Assembly (NCBI GenBank): GCA_965198175.1
Contig: OZ240245.1
Span: forward strand, 3,328,001-3,392,000
DNA: 64,000 nucleotides
Direction of reading: 5' to 3'
Origin: Candidatus Poribacteria bacterium
GTDB lineage: Bacteria; Poribacteria; WGA-4E; PCPOR2b
The notes below the pieces were generated by a model. It did not search any database and had not been told where the DNA came from. It saw only the letters and a list, made by a program, of their open reading frames with translations. Numbering within the stretch: position 1 is the first letter of the stretch; each line of letters starts with the position of its first letter. Position numbers and translations under genes: made by a program. Of this stretch, positions 19,697 to 30,565 are shown in pieces.

Positions 19697-20689
19697 TTAG
19701 TCAGATTTTCGAATAAAGGCTGGCTTAGAAATTGCCCCATAGGCGCCCAAAAGCAAGCTGTAAAACAACGTTAGAATATGCAGACTAAACCCGGAAATTA
19801 TTGCATATTCCCCTGAGACCCCGAGACCGGTAAGCGCCAGGATCCAAGGCACTTCCACGGTGCCAAAGTTTCCCAAGGTCTGGATGGGAAACATGTTGAA
19901 AAACGAAGTAAAGCTTAGTGCGAACATAATCTCTATAATTCCCAGATCCATCTTCATCGCTTGAACGAGGTAGCACTGCATGCTGAACCGCAGCCCTAAA
20001 TTTGCAATTGAGCACCCGATTATACCCAATAATCTCCAATTGAGAGATAAATCCGTGACCTCTCGCAGTAACTCCGCGAACGATTCCACAAGACGAGCAA
20101 GAATCGTGATTCTAATCCTTCTCGCAGAAGTCGCCACCTTTTCAACCGCCCTGACACCCACGTCCGACAAAAAGAGAAAGACAATTGCTGTTGATAGAAT
20201 GATTGCAATGCCGAACAGTGGAAGTACAAAAAGAATCCAATAAGACAGGTTGCTCTGCTCCAACAAGTCCCGTCTAAAACCCCATGCCATCCCGGTCATT
20301 ATTATTAGGATTAGCAAAACGTCGATGATACTCGCGCTCATTAAAGAGGCAATCCCCTTGGTCGCAGATACCTTTTCATCCCGTTTAAGGAGATAAACAT
20401 AGGAGAATTCTCCCGTGCGCATTGGCAAAATGTTCGTCCAGAACGTTTGAAGTGAAACAATCGAAACCAGCCGGTGCAATTTTACATTGACGTCCAGTAT
20501 TAACCGATATCGAAGCGCCTTAAAGGGCAATGACAGAAAATAAATCGCAAATGCGAAAAGTAGCACCTTTATCGGGATGCTGCGAAGCGTCTCCAGTATG
20601 TCAGACAGATTCCTTAGTTTCGACAATAGGAAACAGACGATTATCACAGCAATTGCTGATGTTAACAGAAATCTGTTACGCGGTGACAA
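19697..20689 (-). CDS. Lysylphosphatidylglycerol synthase TM/flippase-like membrane protein
   Basis: Multiple TM segments; KALRYRLIL, NILPMRTGE, PIQTLGNFGTVE. Confidence 0.82.
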   Translation of the reverse strand: MSPRNRFLLTSAIAVIIVCFLLSKLRNLSDILETLRSIPIKVLLFAFAIYFLSLPFKALRYRLILDVNVKLHRLVSIVSLQTFWTNILPMRTGEFSYVYLLKRDEKVSATKGIASLMSASIIDVLLILIIMTGMAWGFRRDLLEQSNLSYWILFVLPLFGIAIILSTAIVFLFLSDVGVRAVEKVATSARRIRITILARLVESFAELLREVTDLSLNWRLLGIIGCSIANLGLRFSMQCYLVQAMKMDLGIIEIMFALSFTSFFNMFPIQTLGNFGTVEVPWILALTGLGVSGEYAIISGFSLHILTLFYSLLLGAYGAISKPAFIRKSD

Positions 20690-20812
20690 TAGAGACTCCC
20701 TATCCTCAACCCTCTGTCCATTTTGAGCAGCCTATCCGAACGCACACTGGGAACACAAGGTGCTTTACCAAGCAGTGTCGTTCAGTCGAGGCATCTGAAG
20801 GCGCGTGCTTAA

Positions 20813-21652
20813 TCACTCTGTTTTTCGGGCGACCAATATGATTGGATAATAAAACTCGAATTTCTTACCGAGGTACTTCACAATCGGGACGATTCGTAGA
20901 CGATGCAAGATTTTTGTCAATTTCATCATGATGCCGGTAGATCCCCAGGTCGAAAACGCAGCCGATTCTAAGCGTTTTTCCCACATCTCGATTCCTAAGT
21001 TCATAATTTCCACATTTTCACGCGCCAAAGCGTTTAGGATACGGGATGGTGTTGTGTATTGAATCTCGTCCAAGAAATCCGCATCCCGACCGGCACACCT
21101 CAGATAAATCTTTGCTAGAGACCGGGGGAACTGCGGAAGCCAAATTATGCCGTAGTGCCCTTCCCAAAAAGAGTTGTAGTTTGGTACGACAAAGTGGATG
21201 TATCCCCCCGGTTTTAACACACGCACGGTCTCCTGCAAGACCTTTTCGGGAATTTGGGTGTGTTCAAGCACTTGGAAAGAAACAATGAGGTCAAACGTAG
21301 CATCCCCGAAGGGTAAGTCTTCCCCAACGCCGCGCAGTATATTCCTGCTCACCCGCGCGTCATCAAGGAGGTCAAGAGAAACTCCCACCTTCATGGAATC
21401 CGGCTCAATACCGTAGCAATCCCCGCCATTCTGCTGACAAACGATGTTGAAGGTGCCTAAACCGCTACCAATCTCTAGAATCCTCTTGCCTTTAACTTGA
21501 ATCCCAAAAACATCCCGCATAATTGCGATTCGTTCTTCCTCACGCTGCAATGAAAGCGATTCTCTAATGCCCTTTTCGACGTTGGGCAGCGGCTTTTCAC
21601 ACCCCGTCAAATAGTATTCCTTCAATTTTTCGATTAACAGGTCTTGATCCAT
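20813..21652 (-). CDS. Class I SAM-dependent methyltransferase
   Basis: ILEIGSGLG, EDLPFGDATFDLI, VLEH, RVLKPGG. Confidence 0.92.
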   Translation of the reverse strand: MDQDLLIEKLKEYYLTGCEKPLPNVEKGIRESLSLQREEERIAIMRDVFGIQVKGKRILEIGSGLGTFNIVCQQNGGDCYGIEPDSMKVGVSLDLLDDARVSRNILRGVGEDLPFGDATFDLIVSFQVLEHTQIPEKVLQETVRVLKPGGYIHFVVPNYNSFWEGHYGIIWLPQFPRSLAKIYLRCAGRDADFLDEIQYTTPSRILNALARENVEIMNLGIEMWEKRLESAAFSTWGSTGIMMKLTKILHRLRIVPIVKYLGKKFEFYYPIILVARKTE

Positions 21653-21779
21653 TCAAACATTCCAATGGTTATCGTCAGAGGAGGCGAGACTGCTTCATAT
21701 CTGTCTATGCCTTATTATATCACATAATCCGTGAACTTCGTGTGAAGAAGTATGCGCCGTCCATAAAACGATATTTCGC

Positions 21780-21808
21780 TTGCATAATTCACGAATTTTC
21801 GGTATGAT
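21780..21808 (+). promoter_or_regulatory. Putative sigma70 promoter of mutS
   Basis: TTGCAT, 17 bp, TATGAT in the AT-rich divergent intergenic region. Confidence 0.45.
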
Positions 21809-21902
21809 AAAATGAACGTTAAAAGAATAATTGCACATCTGAAATAGCGAATTTAATCTGCTTGTGAGCGGATACAACAAATCAGGGTCTTTGAAGCATA
21901 CG

Positions 21903-24900
21903 ATGGCAAAAAAGGCGCAACTCTCCCCGTTAATGGAGCAGTACAAACGACTAAAGAACCAATACCCGGATGCAATTCTTCTCTGCCGGGTTGGAGATTT
22001 CTATGAGGCGTTCTTTGATGATGCGGAGCTAATCGCACGGGAGTTGGAAATTGTGCTGACTTCCAGAGACAAAGATAAAGCAACGCCCATGGCGGGAATC
22101 CCACATCACGCGCTCGATTCATATCTGTACAAACTTGTAAATGGGGGACACAAAGTTGCGATTTTAGAGCAGATAGAGGATGCAAAGAACGTACCCGCCG
22201 GAGAGCTTGTCAAGCGAGATGTTGTCCGAATTGTGACGCCAGGAACCCTGACGGATCCAAGAGTTCTCGATCAGCGGATGAACAACTATCTGGTTGCGGT
22301 CTGCGTTCTCAAAGGAGTCTATGGATTAGCCTTTGTCGATCTATCGACAGGCGAGTTTGCGGTTACCGAGTTAGAGTGCCTTGAGAAACTCTGGACAGAA
22401 CTCCACCGGCTCGCACCCAAGGAGCTTCTGTTTTCTGAGGCGTTTGATGATCCGGAGATGTTGGAGCGGATACAGGTCGATTTGAAGGCTGCGGTGAATA
22501 CTCTACCAGATTGGCGATTCGCGCTGGATACAACGAGGTCCGAGCTACTCCAACATTTCAATACCCTCTCGCTAGACGGATTTGGATGCGAACATCTCCC
22601 CGCGGCAATCTGCGCAGCGGGAGCACTGATTTATTATCTGCACGAGACCCAAAAACAAGAGGTTGAACACATCCTTTCCATCCACACCTACACCGTCTCT
22701 GACTTCATGATTTTGGACGCGGATACGCAGCGGAATCTGGAGTTGACGACATCTATCCGTGACGGCTCATCAAAAGGCACACTGTTAGAAACAATAGACC
22801 AGACCGTGACGCCAATGGGAGCACGCAAGCTTCGCGGTTGCCTCTTGCAACCGCTTCTACAACCAGACCAGATTAACGCCCGGTTGAACGCGGTTGAAGA
22901 ATTGAAGAATCAGATTGGCACGCAGGAGGAAATTCGTGACTTACTGAACAAAATGTACGACATGGAGCGGCTGATTTCAAGAATCAGTTTGGGGTCGGCA
23001 AATGCCCGAGATCTGCTTGCGTTGAAGGATTCGCTGCACTTGATTCCAGCGATTAAGGTTCAGCTTCAGGATTGCGAGACATCGTTATTGAAGACCTTGA
23101 ATGAAACGCTTGACCCCCTAGACCAATTAGCGAATCTCATCGAGTCGGCGACTCATCCCGAGCCTCCCGTGACTTTGCGCGAAGGAGGATTAATCCGCGA
23201 TGGCTATAGCGAACAGTTGGACGAACTGCGCGCTATTACAAGCAGGGGCAAAAGCTGGATAGCGGAACTTCAGCAGTTGGAACGTGAAAAAACAGGAATT
23301 ACCTCGCTAAAGATCGGTTTCAATCAGGTCTTTGGGTACTATATCGAAGTCACCAAATCGAATCTCCACCTTGTTCCCGATGACTATATCCGGAAGCAGA
23401 CATTGACCAACGCGGAGCGATTTATCACTCCGGAACTCAAGGAACGGGAAGCGCAAATCTTGAACGCCCAAGATCAGATTCAGGCACTTGAGTATAACCT
23501 CTTTCTTGAGGTTCGCACGCAGGTCGGACAAGAGACAGAGCGCATCCAGCAAACCGCTGCGGTGATTGGGATGATTGATGTCATCGCCAACCTCGCCTAT
23601 ATCGCGTCTAAACATGACTACGCGAAACCCATTGTTGATGAGAAGAGTGATGAGATTATCATCCGAAATGGACGTCACCCTGTTGTTGAACGGCTGTTTA
23701 CGCAAGAGGGATTTGTTCCCAACGACACCGCATTGAACTGCCGTGACGGTCAAATGCACATTATCACGGGACCCAATATGAGCGGCAAATGTGTTCGCGG
23801 TGACACACTGGTATTCACCGATGCCGGGCTTGCCCCAATAGCGTCTCTTCAACCCGGTGAAGTTGCAGTGGACACATTTGCGCCGGTGAGTTATCGCGTC
23901 AAGGGGCTCAATGGTGACGCTCATGCGACCCATTTCTATGTTGGTGGGCGGCGTCGAACCGTCCGCATCCGCACCAAATTGGGTTACGAATTAGAGGGCA
24001 CACCCGAGCACCGGATTTGGGTGCGCCGGCGGTGCGGTACAGAGGATTGGAAACCGCTGGGGGAAATTGAGAGTAGCGACTCCGTTGCAATCGATTGTCA
24101 GATTGATTTGTGGGGCAATTGTGAGACGCTTGAAACGCCGGGTGCAGCCAATATGCAATCTCAAGTGAACCGCCTTGGGGCGCCACGGGATTCGACCCCG
24201 CGCTCGATGCCCCCCCGCCTGACGCCGGATCTGGCATATGCGATGGGGTTGTTGGTTGGCGATGGCGTATTGACCGAACGAAAGGCACTATCGCTGGTAA
24301 CTAGAGATACGTCTCTCAGACGGGAATTTAGACGGATTATGCAGGCGGAATTCGGATACTGCACGGAGCCTACGACTAAATCAAGGCATTCCAACGATCG
24401 GGTGAGCGAACTGCAGATTCGGCTATTCTTTGAAGCGTTGGTACTGGGATATGCCGCCGCGGTGCGCGTTCCACCAGCCATCTTGGGCGCACCGAAGACC
24501 ATCGTTTCGGCTTTCCTGCAAGGGCTGTTTGACACAACTAGCGATGTTGATGCAAACGGCAATATCACCCTTTTTACACCGTCACTTCTTCTCGCTAAAC
24601 AGGTGCATACGCTTCTACTTAACTTTGGGGTTGTGTCCTCGCTTCAGGAGAAGAAAGCGAGTCACACTGGCAACTGGAACTACCGGATCTCCATCGCTGG
24701 GGTTGATGCATTGACATTTTGCGGGCAGATCGGCATTCGACATCCGCGCAAACGGAACGACGCCAAACATATCCATTTGATCGGATATTCCGGACACAGT
24801 GATGTCGAATGTTCCGAACGGCAAACATCAGCCAACGGTCGTTACGTCTACGATTCAATCGTGGACATAACCCCCGGCGCGGCAGAAGTCTATGACCTTT

Positions 24901-25730
24901 CAGTGGAAGAGAGTCATTCATTTGTCGCCAACGGGTTCGTGAACCACAATTCGACCTATCTGCGTCAGACAGCCCTCATCACGCTCTTTGCGCAGATGGG
25001 TAGCTTTGTGCCGGCATCGGCGGCAAAGATTGGGATTGTGGATCGGATTTTCACACGTGTTGGGGCGTCAGACAACCTCGTAATGGGGCAAAGTACCTTC
25101 CTTGTCGAGATGAACGAAACCGCGAATATCCTGAACAATGCAACGCCAAGGAGCCTGATTATCCTCGACGAAATCGGGCGCGGTACCAGCACCTTCGACG
25201 GGTTGAGCATCGCGTGGGCGGTGGCAGAATATATCTTGGACAAGAAGAAGATTGGCGGGAAAACGCTGTTTGCCACGCATTATCACGAACTCATCGAGTT
25301 GGCGGGCAAGTATAAGCATGTCAAAAATTATAACGTTGCTGTCCACGAAGACGGTGAGAAGATTACCTTCCTGCGAAAGGTCGTGGAGGGTGGAACCGAT
25401 CAGAGCTACGGTATTCATGTCGCACGTCTCGCCGGATTACCGCTGGCTGTAATTGCGCGCGCACAACAGATTCTAGAGATTCTCGAACAGCATAATCTGA
25501 GCGTTGAGGGGGATGCTTCGGATCGCCTACCGAAGGCGGCGCCCAAAGCGCCACGCCCTCGCCGCCGACTATCACAGTCTGCTTTTCAAGGCGACTCCCT
25601 ACAACTCGCACTATTCACACCTAAAACGCACCCGATTGTCGAGGAACTCCAGAATCTCGACCTCAATCAGTTGACCCCAATGGGAGCGCTGAACCTACTC
25701 TATCAGTTGAAGGCAAAAGCCGACGAGTGA
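21903..25730 (+). CDS. mutS: DNA mismatch repair protein MutS (intein-containing precursor)
   Basis: SPLMEQY...RVGDFYEAF, GRHPVVE, TGPNMSGK|STYLRQ, STFLVEM, DEIGRGTSTFDG, FATHYHEL, SYGIHVARLAG. Start set at MAKKAQLSP. Confidence 0.97.
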   Translation: MAKKAQLSPLMEQYKRLKNQYPDAILLCRVGDFYEAFFDDAELIARELEIVLTSRDKDKATPMAGIPHHALDSYLYKLVNGGHKVAILEQIEDAKNVPAGELVKRDVVRIVTPGTLTDPRVLDQRMNNYLVAVCVLKGVYGLAFVDLSTGEFAVTELECLEKLWTELHRLAPKELLFSEAFDDPEMLERIQVDLKAAVNTLPDWRFALDTTRSELLQHFNTLSLDGFGCEHLPAAICAAGALIYYLHETQKQEVEHILSIHTYTVSDFMILDADTQRNLELTTSIRDGSSKGTLLETIDQTVTPMGARKLRGCLLQPLLQPDQINARLNAVEELKNQIGTQEEIRDLLNKMYDMERLISRISLGSANARDLLALKDSLHLIPAIKVQLQDCETSLLKTLNETLDPLDQLANLIESATHPEPPVTLREGGLIRDGYSEQLDELRAITSRGKSWIAELQQLEREKTGITSLKIGFNQVFGYYIEVTKSNLHLVPDDYIRKQTLTNAERFITPELKEREAQILNAQDQIQALEYNLFLEVRTQVGQETERIQQTAAVIGMIDVIANLAYIASKHDYAKPIVDEKSDEIIIRNGRHPVVERLFTQEGFVPNDTALNCRDGQMHIITGPNMSGKCVRGDTLVFTDAGLAPIASLQPGEVAVDTFAPVSYRVKGLNGDAHATHFYVGGRRRTVRIRTKLGYELEGTPEHRIWVRRRCGTEDWKPLGEIESSDSVAIDCQIDLWGNCETLETPGAANMQSQVNRLGAPRDSTPRSMPPRLTPDLAYAMGLLVGDGVLTERKALSLVTRDTSLRREFRRIMQAEFGYCTEPTTKSRHSNDRVSELQIRLFFEALVLGYAAAVRVPPAILGAPKTIVSAFLQGLFDTTSDVDANGNITLFTPSLLLAKQVHTLLLNFGVVSSLQEKKASHTGNWNYRISIAGVDALTFCGQIGIRHPRKRNDAKHIHLIGYSGHSDVECSERQTSANGRYVYDSIVDITPGAAEVYDLSVEESHSFVANGFVNHNSTYLRQTALITLFAQMGSFVPASAAKIGIVDRIFTRVGASDNLVMGQSTFLVEMNETANILNNATPRSLIILDEIGRGTSTFDGLSIAWAVAEYILDKKKIGGKTLFATHYHELIELAGKYKHVKNYNVAVHEDGEKITFLRKVVEGGTDQSYGIHVARLAGLPLAVIARAQQILEILEQHNLSVEGDASDRLPKAAPKAPRPRRRLSQSAFQGDSLQLALFTPKTHPIVEELQNLDLNQLTPMGALNLLYQLKAKADE
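23790..24950 (+). mobile_element. Intein (387 aa) with LAGLIDADG-type homing endonuclease domain, inserted in the MutS Walker A motif
   Basis: Begins with Cys (CVRGDTLV); block B GTPEHRIW; block C LAYAMGLLVGDG; block E AFLQGLFDTTSD; block F VYDLSV; ends VNHN followed by Ser+1. Removing it restores GPNMSGKST. Confidence 0.95.
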
Positions 25731-25818
25731 AATATTGTAACTAGATTACCGCAGCGACGAAACGAAAAACCGCAGCATATCAAACCGAGCGATCCACGAA
25801 TAAACGGCGAGGGTAATC

Positions 25819-28521
25819 ATGGCGCTACATCCGGATTTTCCCGAATCTCCACATGTCATTATCGACCCCTCAGTACGCTGGTTTCCAGCCGACGAAGCAC
25901 TGCGGGCAACTGTCTACGGGAAACTGATTCCCCCACTCGTTCACAAGATACGCAACCAAGTCAGAGCGTGGCGAGACGACGGCTACCGAGACGCACCCGA
26001 AACGAGCAGATCGCTTCTCAACTGGTGGTTCAATACGCCCCACTTGCTGGAAGGTGCGGGTGGGGAAATCAGCGAGTTTCAATACTACTTCGCCCAGCGC
26101 GAGGCGCTGGAAACTGTAATTTACCTATACGATGTCGTCCGGGTGAAGGACAAATACGACTTAATGCGATTTGACAGTTCCGGTGCAATCTCAACCGGGA
26201 TGTTCGACGAAACTTGGCGGCGGTTCGTGCTGAAGATGGCAACGGGGACGGGTAAAACGAAGGTGATGAGCCTTGCAATCGCCTGGAGTTTCTTCCACAA
26301 GCTGTATGAACCCGACTCCGAACTCTCGCGCAACTTTCTAGTCATCGCGCCCAATATCATTGTGCTCGACCGAATCTATCACGATTTTCAGGGACTGCGT
26401 GTCTTCTTTACCGACCCTGTGTTGCCCAACAATGGATTTGACGGTCGCAACTGGCGCGACGATTTTCAACTCACCCTGCATCGGCAGGACGAGGTGCGCG
26501 CTACCCGCCCCACGGGCAACATCTTTCTGACCAATATCCACCGCGTCTATTCCAGTGACCAATCCCCAGCATCGCCCGATGACGACAATACGATGGACTA
26601 CTTCCTCGGCAGACGACCGACGGGTGCAACCACAGATTCAAAGGTAGACCTCGGGGATATCGTCCGGGAGGTTGACGAACTGATGGTGCTGAACGATGAG
26701 GCGCATCATATCCACGACCCGAGGCTCGCTTGGTTCAAGTCGATTGAGGACATCCATAACCGTCTGTTGCAGAAAGGCAGCGAACTGGCGTTGCAAGTGG
26801 ATGTCACCGCGACGCCCAAGCACAACAACGGCGCGATTTTTGTGCAGACGGTGTCGGATTATCCGCTTGTGGAAGCAATTTCACAAGATGTGGTAAAGCA
26901 CCCAGTGCTGCCCGACGCACCGAGCAGAGCCAAGCTTGTGGAGCGACAGAGTGCGAAATACACCGAGAAATATGCGGACTACTTGGAACTCGGCGTGATC
27001 GAATGGCGCAAAGCGTATGCAGAGCATGAAAAGCTGGGCAAGAAAGCCATCCTGTTTGTGATGACCGATGACACGCGCAACTGCGACGAGGTCGCCGAGT
27101 ATCTCGAAAACCGTTATCTCGATTTGAAAGATGCCGTATTGGTGATTCACACGAAGAAAAACGGCGAAATCTCCGAAGCGGCATCCGGTAAGAAGAGCGA
27201 GGAATTGGAGGCACTGCGGAAACAGGCGAACGAGATTGATTCCATGGCGAGCCCGTACAAGGCGATTGTCTCGGTCTTAATGCTCAAAGAGGGTTGGGAT
27301 GTCAAAAATGTGACTACCATTGTGGGGCTGCGCGCCTACTCCGCCAAGAGCAACATACTACCGGAGCAGACCCTGGGGCGCGGTCTCCGCCGTATGTACC
27401 TCGACGGAGTGAATGAGTCTGTGAGCGTCATCGGCACTGAAGCCTTTATGGACTTCGTCGAGTCGATCCAAGCGGAAGGCGTGGAACTGGAACGCCGAGC
27501 TATGGGTGCGGACACCGTCCCTATAACACCGCTAGTGATTGAAGTAGATAAAGACAACCCCAACAAGGACATTGATGCGTTAGATATCAGCATTCTCAAA
27601 CTAACGGGGAGAGTTTATCGAGAATACAAGAATCTAGTCGAATTAGACGTGAAGCGCTTCAATTTCACACCTGTGCCCTATCGGGAGTTCAGCGAAGACC
27701 CGCAGCGCGCCATCGTGTTCAAGGACATGACAACGGGTGAGGTCACACACACCACACAGATGGATAGCGCCGGCGTTGCGGATTATCGGAGTGTGATTGG
27801 GTATTTCGCTCAGACCCTCATGAAAGAGTTACAATTGGTAAGCGGCTACGACATCCTATATCCCAAGGTGAGGAGTTTCATTGAGAACCACCTGTTCGGC
27901 AGCACGGTGGCGTTAGATTCTCTTAATACCCTACGCAATCTGTCAGAGCTTGCGGCAACAAAAACCGTAATCGAAACCTTCAAGCGAGCGATTAACGACC
28001 TCACAATTCAAGACAAGGGGGACGCTCAGATTAGCGATTCAATCAAGCTGCGGCATACGCGCCCCTTCGTCGTCAAAAATCAACCCTATCTGACACCGAA
28101 AAAATCTGTGTTCAACCGAACGATTGGCGATAGTCAATTGGAACGCGACTTTGCCGTATTTCTGGAAAAGTGTCCCGATGTGGTGTCCTTCTCCAAAAAT
28201 TATTTCGCGGTGGGTTTCAAGCTTGATTACGTCACCGCCGATGGCGACATTTCCAACTACTACCCCGATTTTATCGTGAAGACGACGGATGGACGGGTGA
28301 TTATCGCCGAGACCAAGGGGCGAGAAGATCTGGATGTCGCGCCCAAGATGCACCGACTGCGGCAGTGGTGCGAGGATGTCAACAGCGTTCAAGGAGACAC
28401 GGTTTACGACTGTGTCTACGTAGACGAAGAAAGCTTTCGGACGTATCAACCGAAAACATTTCAGCAACTGCTGGATGGATTCAAAAAGAACCGAAGGGAT
28501 TCCGGTGAACGGCAGAACTAA
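25819..28521 (+). CDS. res: Type III restriction endonuclease subunit (SF2 helicase + PD-(D/E)XK)
   Basis: KMATGTGKT, DEAHH, TATP, LKEGWD, QTLGRGLR, YYPDF...AETKG. Confidence 0.92.
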   Translation: MALHPDFPESPHVIIDPSVRWFPADEALRATVYGKLIPPLVHKIRNQVRAWRDDGYRDAPETSRSLLNWWFNTPHLLEGAGGEISEFQYYFAQREALETVIYLYDVVRVKDKYDLMRFDSSGAISTGMFDETWRRFVLKMATGTGKTKVMSLAIAWSFFHKLYEPDSELSRNFLVIAPNIIVLDRIYHDFQGLRVFFTDPVLPNNGFDGRNWRDDFQLTLHRQDEVRATRPTGNIFLTNIHRVYSSDQSPASPDDDNTMDYFLGRRPTGATTDSKVDLGDIVREVDELMVLNDEAHHIHDPRLAWFKSIEDIHNRLLQKGSELALQVDVTATPKHNNGAIFVQTVSDYPLVEAISQDVVKHPVLPDAPSRAKLVERQSAKYTEKYADYLELGVIEWRKAYAEHEKLGKKAILFVMTDDTRNCDEVAEYLENRYLDLKDAVLVIHTKKNGEISEAASGKKSEELEALRKQANEIDSMASPYKAIVSVLMLKEGWDVKNVTTIVGLRAYSAKSNILPEQTLGRGLRRMYLDGVNESVSVIGTEAFMDFVESIQAEGVELERRAMGADTVPITPLVIEVDKDNPNKDIDALDISILKLTGRVYREYKNLVELDVKRFNFTPVPYREFSEDPQRAIVFKDMTTGEVTHTTQMDSAGVADYRSVIGYFAQTLMKELQLVSGYDILYPKVRSFIENHLFGSTVALDSLNTLRNLSELAATKTVIETFKRAINDLTIQDKGDAQISDSIKLRHTRPFVVKNQPYLTPKKSVFNRTIGDSQLERDFAVFLEKCPDVVSFSKNYFAVGFKLDYVTADGDISNYYPDFIVKTTDGRVIIAETKGREDLDVAPKMHRLRQWCEDVNSVQGDTVYDCVYVDEESFRTYQPKTFQQLLDGFKKNRRDSGERQN

Positions 28522-29104
28522 GACCTACGGCATAGCGGTTGGTGTTGTTACGACTGTATGTCTCGTTCTAATCTATTTCCTAGGAATGCGTGAACAGGAG
28601 TCGTTTCAGGATTATCAGGTCCAATTCAGTCTGAACACAATCCCAACTATTCGCCTTGCTCATTTTGAATCAGTTTTGTCAACCCTACAACAGTCTGGAG
28701 AGGGAGAGGCAATTTTTAGCGGCGGGAACGGGTTCGTGCGTTTTCGGATGCGTGAAGATGGGAGCATTGCAGTGTTAGTTCCAGTCTCGGCTTCAATACC
28801 GTGTATCCTGCCCGAAACATCGGCGAGGTTCTTTATCGCGGACAAATACAAGTTCCACAATATTCGGATCGCCCGCCATGAAAGGCAACGGCTTGAAGAG
28901 ATGGAGCCGCTCCAGGATGCGGTAGAACGCAAAGTCTCATATTCAGGCACAGCGCCGCATATGTTCATAGAGGCAGAATTAGGTTCGGATGTAGTGCGAG
29001 CGTCAGAGATGACAGAGACCATCCTGACGGAGGTCTTTCAAATAGGGTCAGGAAAGCTAGGAACCTATGCGGGCGAATACCGTAGATTTCGCTGGGGGTA
29101 TTAA
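28505..29104 (+). CDS. Hypothetical membrane-anchored protein
   Basis: N-terminal hydrophobic helix GIAVGVVTTVCLVLIYFLG. Overlaps the res stop; start uncertain (28475 or GTG 28505). Confidence 0.6.
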   Translation: MNGRTKTYGIAVGVVTTVCLVLIYFLGMREQESFQDYQVQFSLNTIPTIRLAHFESVLSTLQQSGEGEAIFSGGNGFVRFRMREDGSIAVLVPVSASIPCILPETSARFFIADKYKFHNIRIARHERQRLEEMEPLQDAVERKVSYSGTAPHMFIEAELGSDVVRASEMTETILTEVFQIGSGKLGTYAGEYRRFRWGY

Positions 29105-29150
29105 TGACATTGCCTGCGGTTCTTCGGCTCGTTAGGCATGCGAGGCAGGT

Positions 29151-29981
29151 TTGCTGAACTATACGTACGGCTACGTTCGTGCGCGGTGGGTGATTCTGGT
29201 TTCGATTGTGGGGCTGGTTGCTCCAATTTTCGTCTTCGATTTGAATCAACCGCTTGAGAACGCAGTCTGTGGTGTCGTATCATACGGTCTCATCGGCTTC
29301 CTGATTTGGCTGATTTGGGGACAGAATCTCGGAAGGAAAGGGATTTTGGGCTCATCACCAAATAGGCAAGAGGCATGGATTTATCTGAGTCTCGGGATTC
29401 CAAACGTAGGTCTCCATTTTGTGGGAGTGTGTCTCTTGTTTTTGCCGTTGTCCTACGTAGCCCCGGGAGTCGTTTCTTGGTGACTGCTCGAAGCGGAACC
29501 CCTTGATTTCATTGGGGGATTTTCTCTAGACGCGATATTGGTGAACAGTACAAAGGCATTCACCATTGCACTCTTGGTGCCGATTGTCGAGGAGATTGTC
29601 TTTCGCGGGTTCATTCTGCATCGGTGGTGCGAAAAATACGGCGAGAAACGAGGAATTGTGCAGGCGTCGATACTGTTCAGTATGCTGCACGCAGAGTTAC
29701 TTGGGAACATTGTCAGTTCGGTCATCATGAGTGTTCTCTGTCTCCGTACAAAGTCGCTAGTCGGTCCCATTCTCATTCATATCGGCAATAACTTTGTGGT
29801 GGTATTCGTGATACTTTGCGTCTGGTTCATGGGAGGAGATGTCGAGGGGTTCTCAGGTGCCTCAACAATCGAGGAGTTTCGATCGGGTTGGTGGTATGGG
29901 GCAATCGGTGCGGTCATCAGCGTTCCGTGGTTGTACTGGTTTGTAAAAACCCGATTATTGCACTCGAATGACTCGCCTTAA
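29151..29981 (+). pseudogene. CPBP/CAAX (Abi) family intramembrane metalloprotease interrupted by an in-frame TGA
   Basis: ORFs 29151..29483 and 29538..29981 share a frame across TGA 29481-29483. Motifs EEIVFRG, FSMLH and HIGNN are intact in the 3' half. Confidence 0.8.
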
Positions 29982-30094
29982 GTAAGCGCGGATGGGACTC
30001 GACCTAAATCAATGGGGCGCGCCGCTGTAAACGTAGACAACGAAGAATTTTCGTTTTATAACATCAATCAACAGAAAAGGAGGGGAAAACTGAA

Positions 30095-30319
30095 ATGCAA
30101 TCGTTCAAGACTATCGTTGAAAAGCACACAGATGGTTATGTCGCCTATCCACTCGGTCTGAAGGGCGTTGTCGCGGGGGAAGGTAATACCTACGAAAGCG
30201 CTGTAGCTGACGTGACCTCCGCGATTGAATTTCATATTGAGACGTTTGGGACAGAAGTGCTTGAGACTGAAGAACCCGTCTTAGATGTATTCATAGAAGA
30301 AGCGGGGGTTGCTGTCTGA
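30095..30319 (+). CDS. hicB: HicB-family antitoxin (short form)
   Basis: IVEKHTDGYVAYPLGLKGVVAGEGNTYESAVADVTSAIEFHIE; strong SD AAGGAGG. Confidence 0.85.
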   Translation: MQSFKTIVEKHTDGYVAYPLGLKGVVAGEGNTYESAVADVTSAIEFHIETFGTEVLETEEPVLDVFIEEAGVAV

Positions 30320-30402
30320 TGCCGCGTTTCCCGGTTGCTGTGCCCAAAACGGAGGCGATTAGAACTTTGGCAAGATTGGGATTTCCACAGATGATTTTCT
30401 AG
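30319..30402 (+). pseudogene. Internally deleted HicA-like toxin
   Basis: TGATG coupling to hicB. Reads MPRFPVAVPKTEAIRTLARLGF and then stops; an alternative frame gives GISTDDFLA, resembling a HicA C-terminus. Confidence 0.7.
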
Positions 30403-30565
30403 CGAGTTCTCGCCAAGCGTGTACAGGTGGAAGCACCTCCTAAAAACCGCGTTTCGTAGCTTTGGTTAACGGTAGATTTTCGTTTTTCACTTCAATTAAC
30501 ATGTTTTGTGGAGCGTTGGGTTGTAACCTCGCATTTACCACAAAAATTAATAAAAGGAGACTTTC

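Noticed and set aside
29481..29483. Selenocysteine or Trp recoding of the in-frame TGA
   Set aside because: There is no redox-Cys context, TGA is a normal stop in many genes here, and a TGG-to-TGA nonsense mutation is simpler.
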